A stretch of DNA of 64,000 bases from Verrucomicrobiota bacterium (GCA_018239895.1 JAFEGL010000045.1:72656-136655); one strand, 5' to 3'. Shown: positions 1 through 8,474, counted from the first letter of the stretch. Numbers and translations are program-made. The notes: generated from the sequence alone by a model not told the origin.

Positions 1-147
1 ATTGATTCTTTAATGAATTTTTTAGATGTTGTCTTGACTAAAATGGCTGTTCGAGGAAGTTTTATTCCTTTGACGGTACCAACGACGTCTATTAGAAGCG
101 AAATAGAAGAAATATTTTCTTTTTTAGACAAAGAATCTAAGGTATAA
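1..147 (+). CDS. 3' end of an unidentified ORF running off the left edge (partial)
   Basis: Frame 1 is open from nt 1 to a TAA at 145-147 (...SIRSEIEEIFSFLDKESKV*). The stop lies 1 nt before the ATG of the next gene, which suggests an operon. No recognisable motif. Confidence 0.3.
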   Translation: MDSLMNFLDVVLTKMAVRGSFIPLTVPTTSIRSEIEEIFSFLDKESKV

Positions 148-148
148 C

Positions 149-856
149 ATGAGTCAAATCGCAATTCGAATCATCTACGACAACCGGAAAGACAATCCTG
201 CCATGCAAGAAGGGTGGGGGTTTTCTTGTTTAATAGAAATCGCCCAGCGGAAGATTCTGTTTGATACTGGGGCCGATGCAAAAGCCTTCTTCTCAAATCT
301 CAAGCAAGCGGGAATAGATCTCGCAGATGTCACAGATATTTGCTTTTCTCATAAGCATGCCGATCATGTGGCGGGCCTGGAAGAGGTTTTGAGCCGCATG
401 AACAAAGAGACCCGTTTATTTGTCCCCAAGGGGTTTCCTAAACGCAATTTCCCGGTTCAAGTAACCTATGTTTCAGATTTTGCCGAAATCGATAGCCAAG
501 TCTACTCCCTCGTTTTAAAAGGGGGGCTTTTCCTTTATGAACAAGCTTTGGTTCTCCGATCGAACAAAGGCCTTGTTGTCATTACAGGATGCGCTCACCC
601 TGGAATCGTCCATATTTTAGAAACAGTCAAAGCGCGGTTCGGGGAGGCCATTCATCTTGTCTTGGGGGGATTCCATCTTTTCAGGAAAGATCATAAGTCC
701 ATCAATAAAATAGTGGACCAATTCAAATCTTTGCAGGTTGAAAAAGCGGCCCCTTGCCATTGTTCTGGCGATCTTTGCATAGCCGAATTTCAAAATGCCT
801 ATCAAGATGGGTTTTATAAGATTGGAACTGGCACCGCCATCACGTTAGACTGCTGA
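149..856 (+). CDS. MBL-fold metallo-hydrolase
   Basis: 235-aa ORF with the HxHxDH metal-binding motif (SHKHADHVAG) and later conserved His residues (GCAHPG, GGFHLF). Confidence 0.85.
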   Translation: MSQIAIRIIYDNRKDNPAMQEGWGFSCLIEIAQRKILFDTGADAKAFFSNLKQAGIDLADVTDICFSHKHADHVAGLEEVLSRMNKETRLFVPKGFPKRNFPVQVTYVSDFAEIDSQVYSLVLKGGLFLYEQALVLRSNKGLVVITGCAHPGIVHILETVKARFGEAIHLVLGGFHLFRKDHKSINKIVDQFKSLQVEKAAPCHCSGDLCIAEFQNAYQDGFYKIGTGTAITLDC

Positions 857-867
857 GGGTTTTAGGA

Positions 868-886
868 CCGCTGCCTGCGGCAGCGG
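868..886. repeat. GC-rich REP-like palindrome (ccgctgcc-tgc-ggcagcgg), possible terminator hairpin of the MBL gene
   Basis: Perfect 8-bp stem with a 3-nt loop, 12 nt after the stop codon. The core CTGCC-N3-5-GGCAG recurs at 1450-1468, 31455-31472 and 59245-59259. Confidence 0.6.
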
Positions 887-928
887 GCGAGGTGGTAATC
901 GCTTATAAGTTTCTGTTCCGTTTTGAGT

Positions 929-1327
929 CTAAACTACTTTTGCTCTATTGAATATGGAGCTTATTTCTGAATCGGACAGAACGGTTATTTTGGGTCTCAC
1001 CGTCGCTTGGGCCCATCTAATCAAGTTCTGAACAGATGATGTGATTTCAGCGGGCTTGAAAATTGTTTCTATTGTAGAAATACGCCCAGATGGGTACCCA
1101 TCCTCGATTCGATACTCTTCATTGATCTTAATCCAATTAACTTGAACAGGATCTATCGAATAATCTACCCCTCCAGGAATATCAGTTCCTTGAAAGAGCA
1201 AAAAAGCGAGTTTGTATACTGTCGAAGCTAAATTCTCTGAAGAATAGAACCCTACTACTTGTCCTTTCTCAAATTCGAAGGGGTAAAAATTGACAGAGAC
1301 ACGATAGACAGTTGATGAGCCGCTCAT
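929..1327 (-). CDS. hypothetical protein (orphan, AT-rich islet)
   Basis: 132-aa ORF with no recognisable motif. It lies in a visibly AT-rich stretch. Confidence 0.5.
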   Translation of the reverse strand: MSGSSTVYRVSVNFYPFEFEKGQVVGFYSSENLASTVYKLAFLLFQGTDIPGGVDYSIDPVQVNWIKINEEYRIEDGYPSGRISTIETIFKPAEITSSVQNLIRWAQATVRPKITVLSDSEISSIFNRAKVV

Positions 1328-1401
1328 AGAGAACCTCGTTTTGGGTTTTAAATGGGCAGGGAGTCTACTGTACTAGTTGGTAAATAGCAATATCAGATTT
1401 T

Positions 1402-1444
1402 AGGTCGGGCCGAGCTATTGCATCGCGACAGCTCGGCCCGACCT
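1402..1444. repeat. perfect 15-bp-stem hairpin (aggtcgggccgagct / agctcggcccgacct), followed by a REP-like palindrome at 1450-1468
   Basis: Read directly from the sequence. The 13-nt loop and GC-rich stem contrast with the AT-rich surroundings. Confidence 0.8.
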
Positions 1445-1562
1445 CCGCTCCCCTGCCTGCGGTAGGGGGTGGCAAACAGGGTTTTCAAGATCTTTTTCTG
1501 ACTTACTATAAATCACTTTGCGTGAGAAAATCTTTCTCTTATTTTATTAATGAGTTTGAAAT

Positions 1563-2093
1563 ATGTATTTTTCCTGCGAATCCAATAACCAGAGACAAAA
1601 TGAGATTTACGGGAATTGGAGGAAACTCACTTATCTTGAGATGAATACGGTCAACTACATAGAAAATTTTCTCAAACCAAATTGGAATTGGACTAGAGAA
1701 ATTGCTGCAAAGCAGAGAATTGAATTACTGAGAAGTGCGAACGTGAATTGGGCTGCTATATCGGATCACATCAAAGGTATGGAATACCGGGATTTCTTAA
1801 CTACACCCTATTGGAAAGCTATAGCTGCTCATGTCAAGTATAGAGCTGGGTACCGATGCCAACTTTGTAACTGCCCGCACAATTTGACGACTCACCACAG
1901 GAATTACGCAATTCATGGTAGAGAACATGATCATATGAATGAACTAATTGCTCTTTGCACCAAGTGCCATCAAAAGTTTCATGGGAATGGGGAAACGAAA
2001 TCGGAAAACTTTGGCTTTATTTCGCGCGTTATTGTTTCAGGATTGGTTGTATTGATGGTTGTGTATCTTCTTGTATGTTTGACGACAAAATGA
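1563..2093 (+). CDS. HNH (His-Me finger) endonuclease-domain protein with a C-terminal hydrophobic anchor
   Basis: YRCQLC...LTTHHRNY...NELIALCTKCHQKFH gives the CxxC/HH/N/CxxCH pattern of HNH nucleases. The C-terminus ISRVIVSGLVVLMVVYLLVCLTT is a predicted TM helix. The start is uncertain (an alternative Met lies at aa 27). Confidence 0.65.
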   Translation: MYFSCESNNQRQNEIYGNWRKLTYLEMNTVNYIENFLKPNWNWTREIAAKQRIELLRSANVNWAAISDHIKGMEYRDFLTTPYWKAIAAHVKYRAGYRCQLCNCPHNLTTHHRNYAIHGREHDHMNELIALCTKCHQKFHGNGETKSENFGFISRVIVSGLVVLMVVYLLVCLTTK

Positions 2094-2167
2094 TTTTGAC
2101 AAGAATTTATCCAAATATATTTAGAAATTTGGTACACTGCCTGCCATTTTGAATTTGGGAGGATTAA

Positions 2168-2653
2168 ATGAATAGTTTTCCGATTACATCTGAAGATCAT
2201 TTTAGGGCAGTGAAGGCTTGGTTTAAAAACTCGGATGCAGCTCCGTTTTTTGAAAATATTGAGGAGATCAAGGTGGAAAATACATTCCCAAACGTGGTGA
2301 ATATTGTCTGCGGGGGAAGGTCCCGCTTCTTTACAGTTTCCACTGAGCTAGCTAATAAAGTTGCGAACTCCATTTTTGTGCAAATTCCCGTTACACCCGA
2401 TGAGGGAGCTTTTCTTGAAGAAGTTAGAACTCAGCTAGATGGCCGCATTCAGTACATATGTGATGTTCCAGGTATGGCTATAGACAAAACGAAGATGATA
2501 GCTGCAAGTCAACCCCGGTTTATCCGATCGTTTGAAGTCCCAAGTCGGATGATAGGTTATAAGAGATTGGCAATAGATGTAAGGGTAGATCCAGACTTAC
2601 GGAGGGCAGGGGGTTGGGTCGGAACAGGATTGAACGTTGCTAATTGTGCCTGA
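2168..2653 (+). CDS. hypothetical protein
   Basis: 161-aa ORF with no motif. Its 3' end overlaps the convergent autotransporter gene by 57 nt. Confidence 0.4.
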   Translation: MNSFPITSEDHFRAVKAWFKNSDAAPFFENIEEIKVENTFPNVVNIVCGGRSRFFTVSTELANKVANSIFVQIPVTPDEGAFLEEVRTQLDGRIQYICDVPGMAIDKTKMIAASQPRFIRSFEVPSRMIGYKRLAIDVRVDPDLRRAGGWVGTGLNVANCA

Positions 2654-5077
2654 GGGTGCAATCATCCCTGTGTTGATGCTGTCGACGTTGCAGGGGCTTA
2701 GGTTGAAGACCCCAGCTCCCGGATTAGTGAGTGAGTATACTGGGTCTAGATTGCCGCTGTTTCCAGATAGTCTCAAACAAACATTGGGGTTTCCGCCGGT
2801 AAAGAGGCCGATGGCAACGCCTGGAGTTGCATCATTTGAGAGATCGTTGTTTATCACTGAAGAGGTCAGGTTAACGTAGGTATCCAGACTGATCCCTGAT
2901 CCGGCATTGGCGTTCAAATTTTGGCAATTGGTAATTTCGTTGCCTGTAATATTAGCGGTCATATTTGTAAATTCCGAGGAAAAGAACAACATTCCTGTCC
3001 CTTCGCAATTGTCGATTGTGTTGTTTTTGGCTGTAAAATTGAGCGTTGAGCTTCCCTGAGCAATCGCTATTGCACTTTGGCTGTTTGTGATGTTTCTGAT
3101 AGTGTTGTTGCTGATCGTTATATTTGCTGTCTGAAAGGGTGTTCCGCCTGTCACAGAGATTCCGTTGTCATTCAATTGGTTGATTGTGTTGTTGGTTGCA
3201 GTTAGGGTAAAGGTGTCGACCTGGGTTCCGCTGGTTATGGCGGAGCCTCCATTGTTGGACATAGTGTTGCCGGAGGCTGAAATTTCAAAAGTTGAGATTT
3301 TTCCAGATGGATCTACGTAAAATGAATTCGATATGTTCCCTGAGATTGTATTGCTCTCCATGACCACCGCACAATGGTTGGTTGTACCGGTTTGAAGGAT
3401 GACTATACTCGATCCAAGATTGGCTCCTATTGCTCCTGCCCGGTTATTTGTAATGGTATTATTCAATAGGGTGAGGTCGGCATTGGCCAGGCTGGTGAAG
3501 TCGAACCGGATGCTGCCGGTGAAATTGTCGTCAAAGAGGTTGTTGTTGATTTGAGCCGTGAGCGTGTTGTTATTGGATACTAATCTGATTGGCATCTCGG
3601 ATGAGGAGGTTTGGCCTTGGAAGGTGTTGCTAGAACAGACTACGTTAGATGCCCCATTGAGATTCAAAACGATCCCGTTGACGTTGTTCAAGAACTGGTT
3701 GTTCGTAATGGATGCTGCAGCATCGCCAGAGAAAGTGGCTTGAATAGGGAAAGTGTTGATGTTTGTGAATGTGCATGATGAGACGTTTAAGCTTTGAGCA
3801 TCGGTCCCAATGATGCCGTCGTTGAGTGTGGAGGTGACGGTGAAGCCGCTGATGGCGTTGTTGGTCGCTAGCGTGATCGCATCGCCGTTCGTAGAGACGT
3901 CGGTGTTTGTAATGGTGGGGGAGGTACTGCTTTGCGCGGGGATGGAGATAGTGCCTGCCGTGGTTTGGATCAGGTGGGCGATTCCGGAGCCCCAGAGTTT
4001 TTGGTTGGCTTTAAGAACAATCCCCGAATCCATCCCTGCCGTTGTCCCATCGCCAGGGAATACATAGATGATATCGTTGGGCGAGGAGGTGGCTTCCACT
4101 TGCGCGAAGCTGTGGTAGGGGCTGGCGTAGGTGCCGTTTGAACTGCCCGTGTTGTTGACGAACACAAAGAGGTAGGGGAGTCCCGTTGCCGGATCGATGG
4201 CAACCGATTTTTTCTTCGTTTTGTCGATGACGATGATCTCTTGTCTACCTACAGGCTGAAGCATCCGGCTATTGAGCGTGTTGGCTAGCTTGCAAGTCCG
4301 ATTTTCTTTCTTAATTTTAGATTTGGGGCCGAAGGAGAAGGAGAGGCCGATCTGCCCTTGGAATTTGTTCTGAAAGGTTCTGTCGTACGAGTCGCTGATT
4401 TCTAGGGTCAAAATGTCCTTGAAGACGCCCAAAAGTCTCGCTTTGCCGCCCCAGGTAACTGGGTCGATTTCCCCGATGTAGTAGTAGGGGCCTGCGGCTG
4501 CGTAGAAATCGCAGAGCCCAGGTTTTCCAAAATGGAAACCGAATTCGGCATCGGCCCCTTTCATCGCCGATTTGCTCTTTTGCGAAATATACATGTAATT
4601 GCCCGAAAAGTAGGCGAAGGTGGGGTCGTAAGGGCCGCTGGTCTTTGCGCCGACGGGCAGATAGCCATTGATCCGGAAATCGAAGAGCTGGCCTAGTGTT
4701 TCAAGGCCCACTCCGATCTGATTCGATTGGAAATGGCCCGCATTCCTGTAGTCGTAGTAGGTGTTGATGCCGTAGGCTCGGTTTCCCCATAACGCTCTCA
4801 GGCCGAGGCCAGCGTTGGCGGCCCACTTTCCGTTGTCGAAAATGTGGCCTCTCGCATCGAAAAAGGGGGTGACTACCCATTGGCTGGGATCTGAAGCGAG
4901 AAAGACCTCGAGAGTGGAATAGCCCGTTTCGTAGCCGATACCGCCCCTCTCAATGTGGCGGATAGAGGTCCGGAAATGTTGCTGACCGTCTGGGCAGCTT
5001 TCTGCTTTTGCAGGATCGACGAGAAAATCGCTTACAGTAAGAGCTGTGGCTAAAATAACTGAAAGAAACATGTACAC
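2597..5077 (-). CDS. inverse autotransporter (type Ve, intimin/invasin-like N-terminal barrel) with a parallel beta-helix passenger
   Basis: 826 aa. Residues ~40-260 fit the inverse-autotransporter barrel pattern (FFDARGHIFDNGKWAANAGLGLR..YGINTYYDYR..IGVGLE..FRINGYLP). The C-terminal ~550 aa are Asn/Thr/Gly-rich repeats (ISNNTIRNITNS, AKNNTIDNCEGTG, ITGNEITNC) typical of right-handed beta-helix (PbH1) domains. Confidence 0.8.
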   Translation of the reverse strand: MYMFLSVILATALTVSDFLVDPAKAESCPDGQQHFRTSIRHIERGGIGYETGYSTLEVFLASDPSQWVVTPFFDARGHIFDNGKWAANAGLGLRALWGNRAYGINTYYDYRNAGHFQSNQIGVGLETLGQLFDFRINGYLPVGAKTSGPYDPTFAYFSGNYMYISQKSKSAMKGADAEFGFHFGKPGLCDFYAAAGPYYYIGEIDPVTWGGKARLLGVFKDILTLEISDSYDRTFQNKFQGQIGLSFSFGPKSKIKKENRTCKLANTLNSRMLQPVGRQEIIVIDKTKKKSVAIDPATGLPYLFVFVNNTGSSNGTYASPYHSFAQVEATSSPNDIIYVFPGDGTTAGMDSGIVLKANQKLWGSGIAHLIQTTAGTISIPAQSSTSPTITNTDVSTNGDAITLATNNAISGFTVTSTLNDGIIGTDAQSLNVSSCTFTNINTFPIQATFSGDAAASITNNQFLNNVNGIVLNLNGASNVVCSSNTFQGQTSSSEMPIRLVSNNNTLTAQINNNLFDDNFTGSIRFDFTSLANADLTLLNNTITNNRAGAIGANLGSSIVILQTGTTNHCAVVMESNTISGNISNSFYVDPSGKISTFEISASGNTMSNNGGSAITSGTQVDTFTLTATNNTINQLNDNGISVTGGTPFQTANITISNNTIRNITNSQSAIAIAQGSSTLNFTAKNNTIDNCEGTGMLFFSSEFTNMTANITGNEITNCQNLNANAGSGISLDTYVNLTSSVINNDLSNDATPGVAIGLFTGGNPNVCLRLSGNSGNLDPVYSLTNPGAGVFNLSPCNVDSINTGMIAPSGTISNVQSCSDPTPCPP

Positions 5078-5183
5078 CTGATCCAGTTTTAACGGGTAAG
5101 AGATTTTGAGGTCAAAAGATTAAAATTCTTATTTTTTAATCCGCAGATGTGTAGACTCTTCGGCCATATATTTGAGGGGGCCA

Positions 5184-5780
5184 GTGAATAGAGTCGATTT
5201 ATCAGTTGCTCAGCAGCATGTTGTGCGTGCCTATTTTAAGAAGACAGGTGAAGTTAAGTATCTCGAGGCGAAGGGAAATGTCCGCAACGGGACGATCAGT
5301 TTGGTTTTTAAAGCCGCGATTGAACCTAGCGAGTTAGTGCTGAAGTTGTTAAAGCCCATCGATGTTAAGGCAGATGCTCGATCGGATGAGCGGGTCTATT
5401 CCAGTTGCAGTGTCTTGCATGGAGCTGGAAACGAGGAATATCAGCTTTGCGGAACTTTGCTTTGTGGTCTTAGTGATATGCACTCTGTGAGGAGGGTTTT
5501 AATCAATGTAGAGCTGGGGACGCTTGAAGAGTATAACAGTCCGAATTCTTTGGATCCTGCGCTCATTAAGGGGATTGTCCACTTATGTAAGGCGGCGTTT
5601 CCTCATTTGAATGCGAAACAATCTTCATTCAATGTCAAAATGGGCGATTGCACTTATAGATTCGATCAATTGCTTCAGCCAGGGGTGGATTTGCCGTGGG
5701 TAGACGTTATTTCTAAGTTCCCTTCCGCCGATGGTCATGTAGAAATAGAAAAAGTTCCGGTTGTAGGAATTAACCAGTAG
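5184..5780 (+). CDS. orphan paralog family A, copy 1 (about 200 aa)
   Basis: Clear paralogy with the next two ORFs (ISLVFKA; VLINVELGTLEEYNSPNSLDPALIKG..C..FP.LNA..S.FNVKM...Y.FD.LLQPG). The GTG start at 5184 is chosen so that the N-terminus (MNRVD) matches the paralogs (MNRVY, MNAVD); the ORF itself opens at TTG 5172. Confidence 0.7.
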   Translation: MNRVDLSVAQQHVVRAYFKKTGEVKYLEAKGNVRNGTISLVFKAAIEPSELVLKLLKPIDVKADARSDERVYSSCSVLHGAGNEEYQLCGTLLCGLSDMHSVRRVLINVELGTLEEYNSPNSLDPALIKGIVHLCKAAFPHLNAKQSSFNVKMGDCTYRFDQLLQPGVDLPWVDVISKFPSADGHVEIEKVPVVGINQ

Positions 5781-5789
5781 GAAAATGAA

Positions 5790-6398
5790 ATGAATAGAGT
5801 TTATTCGTCGGCGGAGTTTGATGTTGCCTTAAGAGAAGCCACCCGTTCGTACGTTGTCCATTGGCCCGGTTATCAACCTGGAGGCCATCTGTATGCGAGG
5901 GCGATTGCGAGACCAGTAGATGAGGCAATCAGCCTCGTTTTTGAAACTTCTACGGAGCCGTTTGAAGAGTGGATAAGGCCTCAAGACCCGATTTTGCCCC
6001 GTCAGCAAGAGGTCATCGATGACAACACCCCTTCTTATAACAGAGGAACTAAAACAGCCAGAACTCCCTCAGCTGAAATGGGCCAAAAAATAGTGGACGC
6101 CCTCGATGAGGAAGACGCAAAAGTAAAAAGAGTTCTCGTCAACATGAAGTTTGGCCCATTTTCCGAGTTCTTTAAACCTAATTCTGGGGATCCCATGCTC
6201 GTCGCCATTGTTGCCGATCTATGCCAAAAATACTTCCCTTCAATGGACCCAGCTCAATCTGCTCTCATTGTGGAAATGGGGGATGAGGTCGTTCAACTGG
6301 ATGAATTGCTGCAGCCTGGCAAGGAGCTTACTGACGTAATGTTCATGGGTAAATTTCCTAAACCCGATGGTTCTTTCCGATGCTTTAAGATTAGGTGA
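5790..6398 (+). CDS. orphan paralog family A, copy 2
   Basis: 202 aa, 9-nt gap after copy 1. Shares the ISLVFE, VLVNMKFGPFSEFFKPNSGDP and ELLQPG blocks. Confidence 0.75.
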   Translation: MNRVYSSAEFDVALREATRSYVVHWPGYQPGGHLYARAIARPVDEAISLVFETSTEPFEEWIRPQDPILPRQQEVIDDNTPSYNRGTKTARTPSAEMGQKIVDALDEEDAKVKRVLVNMKFGPFSEFFKPNSGDPMLVAIVADLCQKYFPSMDPAQSALIVEMGDEVVQLDELLQPGKELTDVMFMGKFPKPDGSFRCFKIR

Positions 6399-6407
6399 GA
6401 AATCAGA

Positions 6408-7001
6408 ATGAATGCAGTTGACACATCGACATTGGCCAGCAAGGCGCAGCAACACTTTTTAGTTCGCAGTTACAGTTACAATACGGGTGAAACTAAGTAT
6501 GTTAAAGCTATCGGAAGAGCCCATGCTGGAACGATCAGTCTGGTTTTTAAAGCCACAACAAAACCGCTTGAAAATATGTTGAAAGGCTTAAATCCGGTGG
6601 TTGTCGATCTAGGAGCTTCTCCAACCAAGAAGAATTTTTCCGACTGCCGAGGCATTGCCCTCCCAGAGGATATCACGCCTGACATTGAAGTGAATGTAGG
6701 GGCCGCTATCGATCTGGAAAATGGGAGTGTGAATAGAGTTTTAATCAATATGGCTTTTGACTCATTTGAGGAGTTTTCCAATCCAAATTCGCTGGATCCG
6801 TGTCTGATTGCAGGGGTGGCTCAGGTATGTAGGAAGTATTTCCCTGCGCTCAATGCCGATGAATCGGCTTTCAATGTCAAAATCGAAAACCGATCTTATC
6901 GATTTGATGAAGTTTTGAAGAGGGATGATGCTCCACTCGACATCCGATTTACAACAAAATATGCAGGATCTGACAACACATTTAAAACTTTTAAGGTCTA
7001 A
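6408..7001 (+). CDS. orphan paralog family A, copy 3
   Basis: 197 aa, 9-nt gap after copy 2. Shares the ISLVFKA, VLINMAFDSFEEFSNPNSLDP and SAFNVKIENRSYRFDEVL blocks. Confidence 0.75.
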   Translation: MNAVDTSTLASKAQQHFLVRSYSYNTGETKYVKAIGRAHAGTISLVFKATTKPLENMLKGLNPVVVDLGASPTKKNFSDCRGIALPEDITPDIEVNVGAAIDLENGSVNRVLINMAFDSFEEFSNPNSLDPCLIAGVAQVCRKYFPALNADESAFNVKIENRSYRFDEVLKRDDAPLDIRFTTKYAGSDNTFKTFKV

Positions 7002-7360
7002 ATGAACGGCTTTGATTTTAGAGCTGCACAGGCCGCTCGGCGTCATTATCTAGGCCGCACTTCGCGGCTAATGATGTGCATGATGCAGGGTTCCGCCCCG
7101 CACCTCAAAAATAAGCTCTGCTAAGGGGCCGTGAGAAGGGGGCGCCCTGTTGACGGTTTTCTCGAAAAACTTATCCGAATAAAATTCATCGACGATTTCT
7201 GAGATTATTTTGGCCAAATTTCCATTCAATTTTGAGGGTCGTATGATTGAAGAGCTCCTTCATTTATGAAGGAGTTCTTGAAAAGTAGGACTTGGCGGCG
7301 GGGATGGCTTAAAAGGGCCATTTTCTCAAAGCTGGGAATTTTGAGAGCCGCCTCTATAGT

Positions 7361-7393
7361 GCCAGAATTCCCTGTTTTAGTGGGAATTCTGGC
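7361..7393 (-). terminator. 12-bp perfect hairpin just downstream of the OMP gene (no clear U-tract)
   Basis: gccagaattccc / gggaattctggc with a 9-nt loop, 4 nt after the stop codon on the minus strand. Confidence 0.4.
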
Positions 7394-7397
7394 AGAT

Positions 7398-8381
7398 TTA
7401 GTAGGTGTAGTCGAGGTTGATGACGCCGCTGCGGAACTGGGTGCTGTTGCGGCCCCAGGCGGTAAACCAGCAGCCGGCGATGATGCCTAAATTGCTGCTG
7501 AAGTTGTACTCGATGGCGGGGGCGAAGCTGACCTGCTCGGAAGAGGGGGCGCCAATGGTGGCGGGGAGGCCGGCGGCTGTGGTTCCGACAGTGCCGTAGA
7601 ATTGGGTGGCATCTGTGTGGGTGTAGACGTTGTCGATGGCGAGTACCCAGTTTTTGCTGAGGGTGAGCTCGAAACTGACAATCCCTTGAAAGGAGTTCCC
7701 AGGGAGAGCCCGGCCGTTCGTCCCGTATCCTCCGCCGTAGGTGTTGAACCCATGGACGTGGACGGGGCTGGTGATCGTGTAGCCTGCACTGTAGGTTGTG
7801 CTGAGGAAGTGGTGGCCTCCGAGGTGATAGACTTTGTAGAGGAGGAGGTTGAACGCCGAGGCAAAGGTCCCAGCGCCCGTCTGGTCGGTGAGGAGTTTGT
7901 GGGGGGTGAGGTTTTGGAAGCTTCCGGTGGGAAATGTCTCTCGCACGATCAATTTGATCCCGGGAAAGTAGGGAGTAGCGGCCGGATCTAGCAGCTGGAA
8001 ATCGAGTGCGATGGGGAGATCGCCGAACTGGGTAGAGTGTTGACCGTGGGATCTATTGTAGAAAAATTGCGGTGTGATGTTGATGTCCATCCATGAAGTC
8101 AGGCCGAAGAATAGGAGAAACTGGGGATTTAAACTGAAAAAATTATGAGGGGATGAGACGGTGCTCCAGTTTTTATTGTAAGCGCCGGTGTTGGTGGTGC
8201 AGTAGACGTAGGATTGTATTTCAAAGCTCCCGTAGGGGACGACAGCTCCGATCGGAGCGATCAGGGGGCCTGTCAGCCAGGGTTTCAGAGGGGGAGTTTG
8301 GGCTATAAATTCTTTCTTATCCACAGCAAAGAGTAGGGAGCTGCAGGTGAAAAGAGAGGATAAAAGCCATTTGACATTCAT
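7398..8381 (-). CDS. outer-membrane beta-barrel protein (possibly MetA-pathway/phenol-degradation-type channel family)
   Basis: 327 aa with signal peptide MNVKWLLSSLFTCSSLLFA, alternating beta-strand-like composition and an aromatic C-terminus (NLDYTY). The ETFPTGSF...TGAGTFA segment resembles that family, but this is from memory and unverified. Confidence 0.7.
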   Translation of the reverse strand: MNVKWLLSSLFTCSSLLFAVDKKEFIAQTPPLKPWLTGPLIAPIGAVVPYGSFEIQSYVYCTTNTGAYNKNWSTVSSPHNFFSLNPQFLLFFGLTSWMDINITPQFFYNRSHGQHSTQFGDLPIALDFQLLDPAATPYFPGIKLIVRETFPTGSFQNLTPHKLLTDQTGAGTFASAFNLLLYKVYHLGGHHFLSTTYSAGYTITSPVHVHGFNTYGGGYGTNGRALPGNSFQGIVSFELTLSKNWVLAIDNVYTHTDATQFYGTVGTTAAGLPATIGAPSSEQVSFAPAIEYNFSSNLGIIAGCWFTAWGRNSTQFRSGVINLDYTY

Positions 8382-8474
8382 GAGAACCCTTTCCTTGCTA
8401 TTATAAAGAGCCTTTCAAGTTGTCAAGAGAATCAGTTTTATCAATAAAGCTAAAGTAGATTACAGTGTTTCACT

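Noticed and set aside
1377-1390. 14-mer ttggtaaatagcaa shared with 55217-55230
   Set aside because: A rough expectation for exact 14-mer repeats in 64 kb is several by chance alone, and the flanks do not align.
7068-7263. Possible frameshifted gene remnant on the minus strand (MKELFNHTTLKIEWKFGQNNLRNRR* in one frame, then ...LAKIISEIVDEFYSDKFFEKTVNRAPPSHGPLAELIFEVRGGTLHHAHH* in another)
   Set aside because: Only short fragments are present, the longer frame has no ATG, and no family motif is recognised. This cannot be told apart from random ORFs without a database search. A tBLASTN or BLASTX check would settle it.
7266-7991. Plus-strand and alternative-frame ORFs overlapping the OMP gene (7266-7490, 7602-7991, 7487-7864)
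   Set aside because: They overlap an ORF with a signal peptide and beta-barrel features, and they have low-complexity Ala/Gly/Val or Ser/Thr/Pro composition.
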